This document shows positions 12,241-24,520 of a DNA stretch of 64,000 nucleotides, one piece after another. The DNA comes from Mustelus asterias (lineage: Eukaryota): positions 49,228,001-49,292,000 of the forward strand of contig NC_135803.1 of assembly GCF_964213995.1 (NCBI RefSeq), given 5' to 3'. Under the pieces are notes generated by a model. That model searched no databases and was not told the origin of the DNA. It saw only the letters and a program-made list of their open reading frames with translations. The translations under genes and the position numbers were made by a program. Positions within the stretch are counted from its first letter, which is position 1, and each line of letters starts with the position of its first letter.

Positions 12241-12512
12241 GGCGGCATGGTGGCACAGTGGTTAGCACTGCTGCCTCACAGCGCCAGAGACACAGGTTCG
12301 ATTCCCGGCTTGGGTCACTGTCTGTGTGGAGTTTGCACGTTCTCCCAGTGTCTGCGTGGTTTTTTCCGGGTACTTCGGTTTCCTCCCACAGTTCTGGTTA
12401 GGTGCATTGGCCCGAACAGGTGACGGACTGTGGTGACTAGGGAAAATTCATGGTAACTTCATTGCGGTGTTAATTTGAGCCTTACTTGTGACTAATATAT
12501 AAACTTTAATTT
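12241..12512 (+). mobile_element. V-SINE, alternative-tail subfamily
   Basis: HE1 head and V-domain followed by the aacttcattgc..gccttacttgtgactaata tail. Confidence 0.88.
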
Positions 12513-12527
12513 TAATATTCTCCTCTG

Positions 12528-12778
12528 CCCTATCCCCATAACCCTGCACATTTACCATGGCAAATCCACCTAACCTTCATATCCCTGGACACTGCAGGCA
12601 ATTTAACATGGCCAATCCGCCTAACCTGCACATCTTTGGACTGTGAGGGGAAACTGGAGCACCCAGACCCGTGTCCACGCAGACACGGAGTAAACGTGCA
12701 AACTTCACACAGTCACCCAAGGCTAGAATTGAACCCGGGTCCCTGGCATTATATGGCAGTGCTAACCACTGCACCACC
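12528..12778 (-). mobile_element. HE1-type SINE, 3'-truncated
   Basis: Reverse complement of the head and V-domain (gtgctaaccactg, ctaacctgcacatctttggactg). Confidence 0.85.
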
Positions 12779-14071
12779 CATCAGTGTTTGTTTAATAGTT
12801 CTGATGATCACAAACCTGAAATGTCAACCTTTTCTATGTCCACAGATATTACCTGACTTGCCAAGTCTTGCTAGCATTTTCTGCTGCTAGCAATAATAAT
12901 CTCAGTAATCAGTAAACAAACTCTTAGAAATCAAAAAAATTGATACAAAAATCATGGATCGCCTTTTTCTTTAAAAGCACAGATTGACAGCTTATTTCAA
13001 AATCTTGCTGGTGGTTTAATTAATCTCTAACATGTCAGGCATTTGGTTAATCAATCCCCATTTGAGTTCAGCAAATCCAAATTTCTGGGACCTTCATCCT
13101 GAGTCCCAAGAGCCCAAGAAGGATGTCCAATCAGAGATTGAATCAAACCACTTTTTGGGCACCTGAATTGGCCGTTCTAGGCAGACATTTGGCCTCTTAC
13201 AGAAAGAAATGAGGGCTCTATTGTCTGCTCTAGGACCCCTCAGGAAAATGGAGACAGCCAGATGTCTGGCCTGCTCCCGACAAGGTTGGTCTCACTTAGA
13301 AGGCTCGTTCTCTTTCCTTTTCCATTAATTGGAGACAATGGGAGGACTCTCTGAAAGGCTCGGTTGTCTAAGCTCCCCCTCCTCCAGTGAGGTTCCATGA
13401 GAAGAGGGACCTCCTTTCTCCACTTCCAATCCTGGGCCTCTGTGAACAATACCTGGCTGTCCGGTACCAGGATTTGTCCGGCTTTGTGTGAACAAGCCCT
13501 GGGGCCCAAATCTATCCTCTACCTTGCGGCATCTTACCGTGCAGCAGGGCCTCTCTCTCCAGCCCCAGTACAAACTCTGGGTTTAAATGACACTCCATAA
13601 CTCACACAGAACCTCAACACGTTGTGCCAATTGCTTCAGGTCCCAGCCGCAGAAAAGCAATGTGCTGTAACAGGCTCCTTCTTCTTTCAGTTTTCTCTTC
13701 AGTTGACACCCGAGTGTGGACACATGTGTGGACCTAACCAATCATGCAAACTGCACACAAGGAAAAATTCCGAATTTTACGGACTCTCGAGAGATCAGGA
13801 GAGAATGAATGTGACTGAGAAATGGCATCTCTTACAATCAATTCACAAGAGTACACGTGTCTGAAGAAACAATACACAAGGCCATGAGCAAAAGGTGCAC
13901 AAAAGAAACCAACCTTTAAAGTAACAAGTAAGGATGAATTGTAATGATAACCAGAGTGTGACTGGAAGGGACAGAGTGTACAAAGATTAACGTGCACCAG
14001 GAAACAGTGTAATTGTAGAGAAAGATGGCAAATGACAAGATTAATGGATTTATCTATATGCATGTTCATAA

Positions 14072-14200
14072 GACAAATGAACTGATGGCACTAATAGAAA
14101 TAAACAGCTAGGGTCTGATGGCTGTTACAGAGATGATAAGACAAGGTGAGGCTAGGAATTAAATATTCAGGGGCTACCTGACATTTCAGATGGATATGCA
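14072..14200 (+). mobile_element. CR1 APE endonuclease N-terminal relic
   Basis: TNELMALIEIN..LMAVTE-like translation. Confidence 0.45.
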
Positions 14201-14444
14201 GAAATTATGTGGGAAAATATAAGATTGCCTACTTTGACATAAAATTGCAAAATACACTGTAACCTCTCCAGTACAAAATGCTCGGGACCAAGACATTTCT
14301 GGGTTTTGAATTTACTGGGTTAGAATAACGTCCCAATGTCTAACCAGTGTTTGAACTGGATAAAAAGATGTATCTGAGACGTAAAGCAGTAACAAAACAT
14401 TATGAAACACTTAATAAAAATTATTTTGTTCATCCAAATATTAT

Positions 14445-15387
14445 GGGGGCAATTCACCCAAAAAAATTCTAAGTGCCAAAATCATGTAAAAACTGGAGTA
14501 AATCCCGCTGTTGCTTTTCAGCGAGAGTTTCAAAATGAATCTCCCACAATGCAGAGTGTCTTAGCATGAATCACGCTGAAAATCAGGGGCCAAGGCCTAT
14601 TTCCACTGGAGAGGCCGGCAGCATAGCGCTGAGCGGGCCACTGCATATGCGTCGATTTGTCAGCACTGCAATACCGGCCTCCTAATCTCTGGCCAGCGAT
14701 TGCCCCTCAACCCCCCTCAATGCTAGTCCCTGTGACATCCCCGCAACCCGATCGTTGGTCCCGCAAACATGTCCAGGCCAGTCTCGACCACCCCACTTCG
14801 CCCCCAGCCCATCTCAATCTGCTCCCTGCCCCCGCCCAGCAGCCCCGCCCTGATCTCTCGATCCTCCCCACCCACCCCACTGGCAGCCCCGAGCCCACCA
14901 CCACCTACCCCCCCTCCCCCCCTGCTGTCCGAACCCCCCAACCCCCCCCCGGCAGGCTGACCGTCCCACTCACCCCGATGGCCAGCCCCGATCGCTGGCC
15001 TCCCTCCCTCTGTCAGCTCAACCCAATTGCAGATGGCAGTGGGACCTCCCCACCCATCACCACCCCAGAGGCCCTGCACTCCCAATCAGGCACCATCCGC
15101 TTTTCATTTACACTCCCCCCCCCCCCCCCCCTCTTCACTCCAGCAGGGTCGGGCTGCTCGTTCCCTGCAAGTGGGGAGCTATACTAAACCCCGCTGAAGT
15201 GGAGCAGTCCTGGTCATTGGGGTTCTGCGCTGATTTCTGGCACAGAGCTGACAGCACCGGAAATCCGGCGCTCGGAGACGCGCAGAGGCCATGGCGCTCA
15301 GTGAGAAGCCTGTGAGACCGCCTTCACTTGAGTATCCCAGCCCGCTCTGCTACAAAAGTAACACAGCGGGCTGGGAGAATCACCCTC
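14445..15387. mobile_element. PIF/Harbinger-like non-autonomous DNA transposon with C-rich interior
   Basis: Imperfect TIR gggggcaattcaccc / gggagaatcaccctc; 3-bp TSD tat at 14442-14444 and 15388-15390; GC/CpG-rich compared with flanks. Confidence 0.7.
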
Positions 15388-16390
15388 TATATCTTACATG
15401 TTCGCAAAGTACTGAAATAAAATGTTGATGTTGAGGGAACAGGCAATTCCATGCTGGGGACAGTAATGGTTACTTACTAAGCATTCAATATATTGAAAAT
15501 AACTTAGAACAATCTCCTTTCACAGAAAGATCGGCAATGTCGAAGGCTTTGATTTTTAATTCCTACCTACTTAGCCAACCTTTCTTCCTCCATCATTTAT
15601 TGTGCCTCTCTCTGTCCTGCATTCTTCTCACTAAGACAGCCAAAAACTATCACACTTCTCTTCAGTAGAAGCAGGACCACTACAATAGCTATAAAAGCCA
15701 TTACATTCATGATTTAGCCATTTGTTGCAGCAGCACTCTGACTAGTCCTCTATGTGTGGGCCTGCTCAAAGAAATTCTGGACAACTGGCATTTCCAGATG
15801 CTCAGACTGGAAAGGTAACCATGCAGTATTTAAATGATAGACTGCAGAATGTGCATTAGACGAGAGAACGTTGCATTAGAGAGATATCTGGCTGTCGGTG
15901 TGCAGGTACAGTAAGTGACAGGGAATTTCACCGCTATCCAACGAAACCCATACTCCGCACCCTCGACAGACCTAGCAAAGCTTTTGGACTTTATTCACGC
16001 TATAGTGAGAAAGTCTGTATCCCACCAGGTGGCATACAGACTGAGTGATATATGTCATGGGTAGATACATTTTTGCTCATCCTACAAGTGATTTGCATAA
16101 CCAATCAAATGTACATTTGTTCAGAAGTCATTGATATCCAATTTCAACTACTAGTTTTGATTACTTCATTTATGTCAAGTGAATATAGTTAACCAGTTAC
16201 AGCCTCTATATGCTTATCTACTGATGAATTACTAACAAGGTCACATGGTCACACCATCCAAACTTGCTGTTATGGTTACCAGATTGTTTTGTCCCTTGGT
16301 CAGCTTGTTTGTGGGTCCCAACTGCAAGTGAGGAAATGCATTGAAACATCTTCACAGCAGCTTCCCAAGGAACTGTGCTCTATTTACATA

Positions 16391-16690
16391 GTAAGAAGTT
16401 TTACAACACCAGGTTAAAGTCCAACAGGTTTATTTGGTAGCAAAAGCCGCAAGCTTTCGGTGCCTTAAGCTCCTTCTTCAAGTGAATGGGAATTCTGTCC
16501 ATCTTCTTGGAGATCCTCTCCACTTGGAGCCGGCAGTTTGCGGTGTCGATGGTAGCCATGATGTGGAGATGCCGGCATTGGACTGGGGTAAACACAGTAA
16601 GGCTCCGAAAGCTTATGGCTTTTGCTATCAAATAAACCTGTCGGACTTTAACCTGGTGTTGTTAAACTTCTTACTGTGTTTACCCCAGTC
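16391..16690. mobile_element. Rearranged Penelope (Neptune) remnant: inverted pLTR pieces plus ORF N-terminus
   Basis: 16391-16499 pLTR (-); 16500-16601 tail plus MATIDTANCRLQVERISKK (-); 16601-16690 pLTR and tail (+). Confidence 0.85.
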
Positions 16691-16761
16691 CAACGCCGGC
16701 ATCTCTACTTACATCACAGGGGAATTCTACTGCATTCAATGATTTTAATCCCTTCAGCAAG

Positions 16762-17410
16762 TAATTAGGTAAATGGCATGTTGGCCTTTATTGCATGAAG
16801 GAGGAGTGCAAGAGTATGGCAGTTTTGCTATAACTGTACAGGGCATTGGTAAGACCACACTTAGAGTACTGTGTATAATTTTAATCTTACTGAAGGAGAG
16901 ATATACATCTATCCACGTCACAAGGCTGATTTTCAGAATGAAATGACTATCTTATGCAAAAACTTTGAACAGATTCGAACTATAATTCATTGGAGTTTAG
17001 AAAAATAAGAAGTGATCTGATTGAAACATGCAAGATTCTGAGGGTGCTCAGCAAGGTAAATACTGAAAGGGTTTTGCCCTCATGGGAGAATCCAGAAGTA
17101 GGGATGGTTTCAGAAAAACCAGTTGCCCATTTAAGACGTAGATGAGGAGGAATTTCTTCTCTCAGAAGATTGTGAGTCCTTTGAATTTTCTACCCCAGAG
17201 AATTCAGGAGGCTGGGTCTTGAATATATTTGAGGTTCACTGAATATATTCGAGATGGAGTTTGGCAGATTTCTGAAATGCAGGGGCATCACGGGTTATGG
17301 AGAAAGGGAAGGAAAGTGGAGTGAGGAGTCAAGATCAGATCAACCATGATCTTATTGAATGGTGTGGCCAAATGGCCTACTCCTGCTCAGATTTCTTATG
17401 TTCTTACATT
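16762..17410 (+). mobile_element. CR1 LINE 3' fragment
   Basis: LVRPHLEYC motif, gatgaggaggaatttcttctctcag, aatggcctactcctgctc tail. Confidence 0.85.
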
Positions 17411-17882
17411 GCTATGCATCAGTTAACCCCACACATAGCCAGACACATCATCAACTTACCCCTAGCAACATGCCTGACCAGAATTGACAACTCTACTTTA
17501 GGCTCACATTTGCATAGATGCTCTAATTTTACGGTTTCAGCATTTACAAAATCCCAAATGTAGAGGTTGCATTAGCACATAAAAGTATAAAGAGGGCTTT
17601 CACTTTTTTGGCTCGAGTCCGGTCGCCAACAGATAAGTAGAATTATCAGCTGAGGACTGAATCCACATGACTCAGTGACATGCAGGTCAGTTCCTTTCCT
17701 GTCCCCCACCCCCTTCCCGTTCCCCCCCCCCGCCCCCCAAATCACACCCTTCCCTCCAGTGGTGTAGGGAAAGGTTTGTCCTGCTATAGTTACAGCTGCT
17801 TTACAATACAAAAAGCAGAAATGAGGAGCGAGTGGTGTGCGACTGATTATCCCATTCTCTTTCAACCTTGTACCACTTTACT

Positions 17883-18191
17883 CAGTGGTTCCCAAACTTT
17901 TTTCACTGGGCCGCACTTTCGGAATAAAAATTTGCTCGCGCCACACCGAATTTTCTATTGATAAGAAATACATACAAAAACAAAAAAAAACCCAACTCCT
18001 AGCAGTGCTTGATTCATAACATAGAACACAACTACTTTATAATATGATCATGGGACATCCAGAAAGTATAAAACAATGCTTGTTTAAACCATGTTTAAAT
18101 GTTTCTTTGATTGTCCTTGAATCTTCCCGCCAGACTTGCCATCCTCGCTCGCTGGACCATTGTGGCGCGCCGCACCCTTTGGGAACCACTG
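17883..18191. mobile_element. hAT (Charlie-like) MITE
   Basis: Perfect 14-bp TIR cagtggttcccaaa / tttgggaaccactg; 8-bp flanks actttact / agctaact match only 5 of 8. Confidence 0.75.
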
Positions 18192-18589
18192 AGCTAACTG
18201 ATAAGCAACTGCATTGCCGACATGTTCCTTTCGCTATTGAACAGGGTCTGGGGCAGAAGGTTTCATTTCCGCAGCAGCAGAAAGATGCAGAGTTTCCACA
18301 GCTCTCTTGTGAATTCAAAGAGATGCTGATTTGATTGAGAAATCACATCTATTGTGATCAAATCGCAAGAGTTGACAAGTCTGAGTAAATCAACTTACTT
18401 TCTCACCAATTTGCTACAATCTTATTTCAGCCCTTTGATAAATTTTATTCAAATCTTTAATACAGCAAATATGTGACAAATAAGTTTGATCCGAATAATG
18501 CATCCCCATGCTCTCACAAGGCTAGGAACTTCTCTGTAAAAAAGGATTAGATTTTGCAAACTCTTGAAACTAGATCAAGAGCAATATTG

Positions 18590-20505
18590 GCCCGAGCTGG
18601 CGAGTCCTAAATGAAATAGCTGTGTGACCAACACTGCAGGAGGTGGTGAGGGAAGCAACAAAAGGGAAAAACCAACTTAACCTCATCCTCACCAATCTAT
18701 CTGCATTTGCCCATGAGAGTATCAACAGGAATGATCACTGCACAGTCCTCATGTCTTTTCCACAGTCCCATCTTTACATTGAGGATATACTCCTTTGTGT
18801 TGTGTGGTATTGTGAGATGAATTTTGAACATATCTAGCAACAAAGCTGGGCATCCATGATGTGCTTACAAGGATAGGGCCTAGGTAAGATACTCTTGTCA
18901 GTGAGTTGGTGCAGACTCGATGGACCAAATGGCCTCCTTCTGCATTGTAGGGATTCTATGGCCAAGTTGTTCCAATGCAGCTACAACAGTGGCATTTACC
19001 TTACAATGTGGAAAATTGCTCAGGTATGTCCTGTGCACAACAGGACAAATCCAACCCAGCCAATTACCGACCAGTAATTCTACTCAATCCAGTATATGAT
19101 GGAAGGGGTCATCAACAGCACTATCAAGCAGCACTTACTCAGCAATAACCTGCTCACAAACACTCAGTTTGGGTTCTTCCAGGATCACTCAGCTCATTAT
19201 AGCCTTGGTTCAAACATAGACAAAAGGGCTGAATGCCAGTGATGAGATGAGGGTGACTGCCCTGACATCAAAGCAGCAGTTGACCAAGTGTGATATCAAG
19301 GAGCCCTACCAAAACTGGAGTCAATGGGAATCAGGGGGAAAATCCTCCACTGGTTGGATTCATACCTGGCACAAAGGAAGATGGTTGTGGTGAATGGGAG
19401 TCAATCATCCCGGCTCCAGGACATCAATGCAGGAGTTCCTAAAGAAGCCCAACCATCTTCAGCTGCTTCATCAATAACCTTCTTTCCATCATGTCAGAAG
19501 TGGGATTGTTCACTGATAACTGCATAATGTTCAGCATCATTTGCGACTTCTCAGATACTGAAGCAGAAAATATCCTAACGCTGCAAGACCTGGGCAATAT
19601 CCAGGCTTGGACGAACAAGTGGCAAGTTTGATTCATGACACACAAGTGCCAGGCAATGAAGAGAGGAACTAACTATCACCCTTAACATTCGATTGCATTA
19701 CCATCACTGAATTCCCCATTATCAACACCCCGGAGGATACCATTGACTAGAAACTGAACTGGATTAGCCATATAAGTCTTTATGGCTACAAGATCAGGCC
19801 AAAAGTTAGGAATCCTGCAGTGCATAACTCACCTCCTGGCTCCCCAAAGCCTGTCCACCATCTACAGGTCACTAGTCAGGAGTGTAATGAAATAATCTCC
19901 ACTTGCCTGGATGAGTGCAACTCCAACAACACTCAAGAAGCTTGACACCATCCAGGACAAAGCAGCCAACTTGATTGCTATCCCTTCCACAAACATTCAA
20001 TCCCTCCACCACTGATTAACACTGGTGGCAGTGTGTCCATCTACAAGATGCGCTGGAGGAACACACCAAGTTTCCTTAGGCAGCATTTTCCACACCCACG
20101 ACCATTATCATCTGGAAAATCAAGAGCAGCAGATACCTGGGAACACCACCACCTGAGGTTTCCACTCCAAGGCACGCTCCATCCTGACATGGAAATATAT
20201 CACTGTTCCTTCACTGTCGCTGGATCAAAATCCTGGAATTCGCTTTCTAAAGCACTGTGGGTGTACCTGCACCTCAGGGACTGCAGCAGTTCAAGAAGTG
20301 GAGATGCCGGTGTTGGACTAGGGTAAGCGAAGGAGCAGCGCTCCAAAAGCTTGTGCTACCAAATAAATTTGTTGGACTTTAACCTAGTGTTGTGAGACTT
20401 CTTACTGTGCAGTTTAAGAAGGCAGCTCATCCTCAGCTTCTTAAAGGCAACTAGTGATGGGCATTAACTACTGGTCTAGGCAGCGATGCACACATCACAT
20501 AAAAA
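18590..20505 (+). mobile_element. CR1/L2-group LINE (family with gggcaataaatgctggcc tail), internally deleted and decayed
   Basis: VREATKGKNQLNLILTNL (APE C-terminus), WKIAQVCPVH, QFGF, MGIRGKILHWLDSYLAQRKMVVV (RT), 3' tail; HE1 tail piece at 18870-18960. Confidence 0.8.
20298..20410. mobile_element. Minimal Penelope insertion (inverted tail + partial pLTR) with ~12-bp TSD
   Basis: gtggagatgccggtgttggact (tail, -) followed by gaaggagcagcgctcc..cttcttactgtgc (+); TSD gcagttcaagaag / gcagtttaagaag. Confidence 0.8.
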
Positions 20506-20514
20506 TGACTTTAA

Positions 20515-21795
20515 AAACTGCCCAGAAAATTGTTCACAAGAAGTAGGATAAATCCAACCCGGCACATTCCTACATCAATTTATTCTTGATCATCAGCAAG
20601 TTGATGGAAGATGTCGTCAACAGCACTATCCAGCAGCACCAACACAGCAATAACCTGCTTACTGCCACTCAGTTTGCATTTTACCAGGGCCACTCTGATC
20701 TCTTTACAGCCTTGGTCCAAATATAGCCCAAAAAAAAGCTGAATTCCAGATGTGAGGCAAGTGTGGCATCAAGAAGCCCATGAAAACTGAGGCATTGGTA
20801 TTCAAGGGAAAACTCTCCATGGTTGGAGTCATACCTGGCACAAAAGATGATGTTGTGGTTGTTAGAGGTCAATCATCTCAGTCCCTGGACACCACCGCAG
20901 GAGTTCCTCACAATAGTGTCCAATGTCCAGCCACTTTCAGCCTTTATCAGTGATCTTCTTTCCATCATAAGTGGGGATGCTCACAGATGACTGCATAGTG
21001 TTCAGCACCCATGTGTGACTCCTCTGATACTGAAGCAGTCCTTGAACAAGGTATGGACAATAATCACGTGGCCTGATTAGTTGCAAGTAACAGTTATGCC
21101 ATACAAGTGCCAGGCAGTGACCATCTCCTACAAGATCGAATGCAACACTACCCCCTTGACATTACTATTGCTGAATGCCCCATTATCAACATTCTGGGCA
21201 TTACTGATCGGAAACGGAAATGAACTAGCCATATAAATGCTATGGCTACAAGAGCGGGCAAGAAGTTGGTAACTCCGATGTGAGTAATTCACCTCTTGAC
21301 TCCCTAAAGCCTGTCCACCGTATCAAGACACAAGTCAGGAGTGTGATGGAATACTCACCACTTGCCTCGACACGTGTAGTTCCAATGGCACTCAAGAAAC
21401 TTGACAACATCCAAAAAAAAGTAGCCCACTTGAATGGCACCCACCCACCACCTTAAACATTCATTCACTCCACCACCGACCAGATCTACTAAATGCATTG
21501 CAGCAACATTGCAGCTCTTTTGACAGCACCTCCCAAACTTTATCAACCACTATGAAGGAAAAGTATGAGAATACCACCATCTGCAATTTCCCTCCTTAAC
21601 CACAAACCATCCTGACTCCATGCCTTCACTGGTGCTGGGTGAAAATCCTGGAACTCTCTTCCAAACAGCACTTTGGGTGCAGCTAAACTACTGGCTGCAG
21701 TGGTTCAGCTCACCACCACCTTCTCAAGGGTAACTAGGAATGGGCAACAAAATGCTGGGCTAGCCAGCGACTCCCGCATCCAGTGAAAGTAAAAA
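20515..21795 (+). mobile_element. Second, older copy of the same CR1/L2-group LINE 3' region
   Basis: Colinear degenerate similarity to 19020-20505, including the tail aatgctgggctagccagcgac. Confidence 0.78.
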
Positions 21796-22218
21796 GAGTG
21801 GATCAGCTCCTCCTCAACTCAGCCATAGATATAAAAAGAGGCCAATATTTCACTACTGTGTAAAAATGCCAAAGAAACACCCAAATAAATGGTGTGAATT
21901 GAATTGGTGACACTAGCTGCTCTGTCACAGCTTTGCACTGCAGATTAAAATTTATATTGAAATCCAAATATCTTCATCCCTACTGGCTATAGCATAACTT
22001 CAACTCTCTCTGCAGTCATTATTTGTTTAAGTTATGTCTCCTATGCATAATTTAAAACAAGTTAAACTTTGCTTGCTGATGCTAGCTTTCTTTTGATGCA
22101 AAAGCCCACACATTTCTAATGTACTGGTATGAAGTTCAACACATGTTTGAGTTGCTGCAAAGCTCCTATATTGATGACCCCCATCTGAAGTCACTGCAAT
22201 TGTTTCCACGGCTGTAAG

Positions 22219-22504
22219 TAAAGTTAAGCTTATTTATTAGTCACAAGTAAGGCTTACATTAATACTGCAATGAAGTTGCTGTGAAAATCCCCTAGTCGCC
22301 ACACTCCGGCGCCAGTTCGGGTATATGCATCTAATCAGCACGTTTTTTGGACTGTGGGAGGAAACCGGAGCACCCGGAGGAAACCCATGCAGACATGGGG
22401 AGAATGTGCAAACTCCACACAGCCAGTGACCCAAGCCAGGAATCGAACCCGGGTACCTGGCGCTGTGAGGCAGCAGCACTAACGACTGTGCCATCGTACC
22501 GCCC
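22219..22504 (-). mobile_element. V-SINE, alternative-tail subfamily
   Basis: Reverse complement of head, V-domain and ttagtcacaagtaaggc tail. Confidence 0.9.
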
Positions 22505-23856
22505 CTAAATATATCAATGAAAACACAAAGCAAATTGCAAGGAATACTTAAAATCTCACTCTGATCCAAAGGTGCAAATTCATGAGATTAGTACATCACC
22601 ATTGGTAGATCTTACCAAAATCTTCTTAAAGGACAAGGTTCTCGGATCCACATTAAACAATGAGTATCTGTGCATTGTGGATAATCCCCAAATCCTCAGT
22701 ATTTATCTCACACAACTCTGACCAGTCTACTGCTGTTGTTCAAAAGAACTGAAACACCAAGTCACAAGAATAATTCATGATATAGCTACACACTGCATAA
22801 TAGCAGTCACTTTTAGGGGAAACTCAAAACTTATTTGAACCAGAGGTTGCAGCAGATCTGGAAAGCTAGGAAATAGCCAAATCCACCTAAAACTGTGACC
22901 TAATCTCATCACAACAGCTGAGAAGCTGCCTGTAAATACTTCAAATTTATCCATGTGAAATATAGACCAGTAACCCAGCACTGAACTCCTAGCTCTATTT
23001 TGAAAATGAAGGTTGTTATAGTGGTGGGGAGCCATTTTCTATCTGAAGTACAAGATGTTCAAATGCTGGGCACATAAGACATTAAAGTACTGTCATAGTA
23101 AACACCGAATGCAACACTGCATCAGAAGAAACACGAGAAAATAAAAGTTCACCTTCTGCCCTCATTGTGCCATTTCCATCAGGAGTCATTGGGCTGAATA
23201 CACTCTTTGTTGAGGGAACAAAAGGTTATGAATAGCACCTTCTAAGTTATCTCTTATTTATCACTGTTCCAGTACATTCGATGTTATTGCTTTGCATTAT
23301 TTATTAAAGTAACAGGGATAAAATAAAGTCTTTTCAGACTTTTCACATTTTGCCAGGCTTTCCTTTGGAAGAAATTCAGTTCATTCCATGTTCCATATAG
23401 TTATAGACTTCAATCAGTGTCACTTTGCAGTGAGCTTCTGGCTGAAAGGTTACAAATTTGACTGATGGCTTCTTGCGTTAGCTGAGTCTGAGGTAATGTG
23501 GTACATTGAAGATCAGTCTGTTCTTCAATCCAAGAGTTACTGCATTCCTTACAAAGGACAAAAAGGATTCCTACAAGAGTCAGCAAGCACTCAACAAATT
23601 CACATGACATGCTTTGAATACTATTTTAAAAGGGGCATTAACCCATTTATTTTAAAACAAGTCAACAGTCAAAAATAAGCACCAGAATGCGATACATTTG
23701 AATTAAAACTCCATCGATTAAAATTACCAATCATAATATATTGCCTCCCACTGCACAGACAGGCAGAAGCAGCAATACAATGGGAAGCAATCTTGGACAC
23801 ATGCCATTACTTCTGCATCCTTCCCAAGGTCAAACATCCTGACATTCTTTAAAGAT

Positions 23857-24520
23857 AGTAAGAAATCTCACAACACCAGGTTAAAGTCCAACAGGTTTAT
23901 TTGGTAGCACAAGCCACTAGCTTTCGGAGCGCTGCTCCTTCATCAGGTGAGTGGGATTTCAGTTCACAAACAGGGCATATAAAGACACAAACTCTTTAAA
24001 TGTATCTCACAAAAGAGGCCACCCTCATGTGTGCGGAACTTGGCTATCATTCTCTGCTCAGCAGAGACTGTGATGTGAGACAGAGATGTGAGGCAGAGTC
24101 GCTGAGCAGAGACCGATAGCCAAGTTCCGCACACATGAGGACGGCCTCAACCGGGATCTTGGGTTCATGTCCCACTATCTGTAACCCCCACGACTTGCCT
24201 GGGCTTGCAAAATCTCACCAACTGTCCTGGCTGGAGACAATACACATCTCTTTAACCTGTGCTTAACCTTCTCTTCACTCACATTGTCTGTACCTTTAAG
24301 ACTTGATTACCTGTAAAGATTCACATTCCAGCAATTATTTTGTAAATTGAGTTTGTGTCTTTATATGCCCTGTTTGTGAACTGAAATCCCACTCACCTGA
24401 TGAAGGAGCAGTGCTTCCAAAGCGAGTGGCTTGTGCTGCCAAATAAACCTGTTGGACTTTAACCTGGTGTTGTGAGACTTCTTACTGTGCTTACCCCAGT
24501 TCAACGCCGGCATCGCCACA
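23857..24520. mobile_element. Penelope (Neptune) insertion with inverted pLTR
   Basis: 23857-23993 is the reverse complement of ~24349-24486; GIY-YIG C-terminal EQRPIAKFRTHEDGLNRD; tail to 24520; degenerate TSD ttctttaaaga / ttttttaagga. Confidence 0.87.
23914..23950 (-). ncRNA. Hammerhead ribozyme motif with intact core
   Basis: cac-CTGATGA-a-ggagc(agc)gctcc-GAAA-gcta-gtg on the minus strand. Confidence 0.8.

Noticed and set aside
14657-15187. 176-aa proline-rich ORF
   Set aside because: A by-product of C-runs within a MITE.
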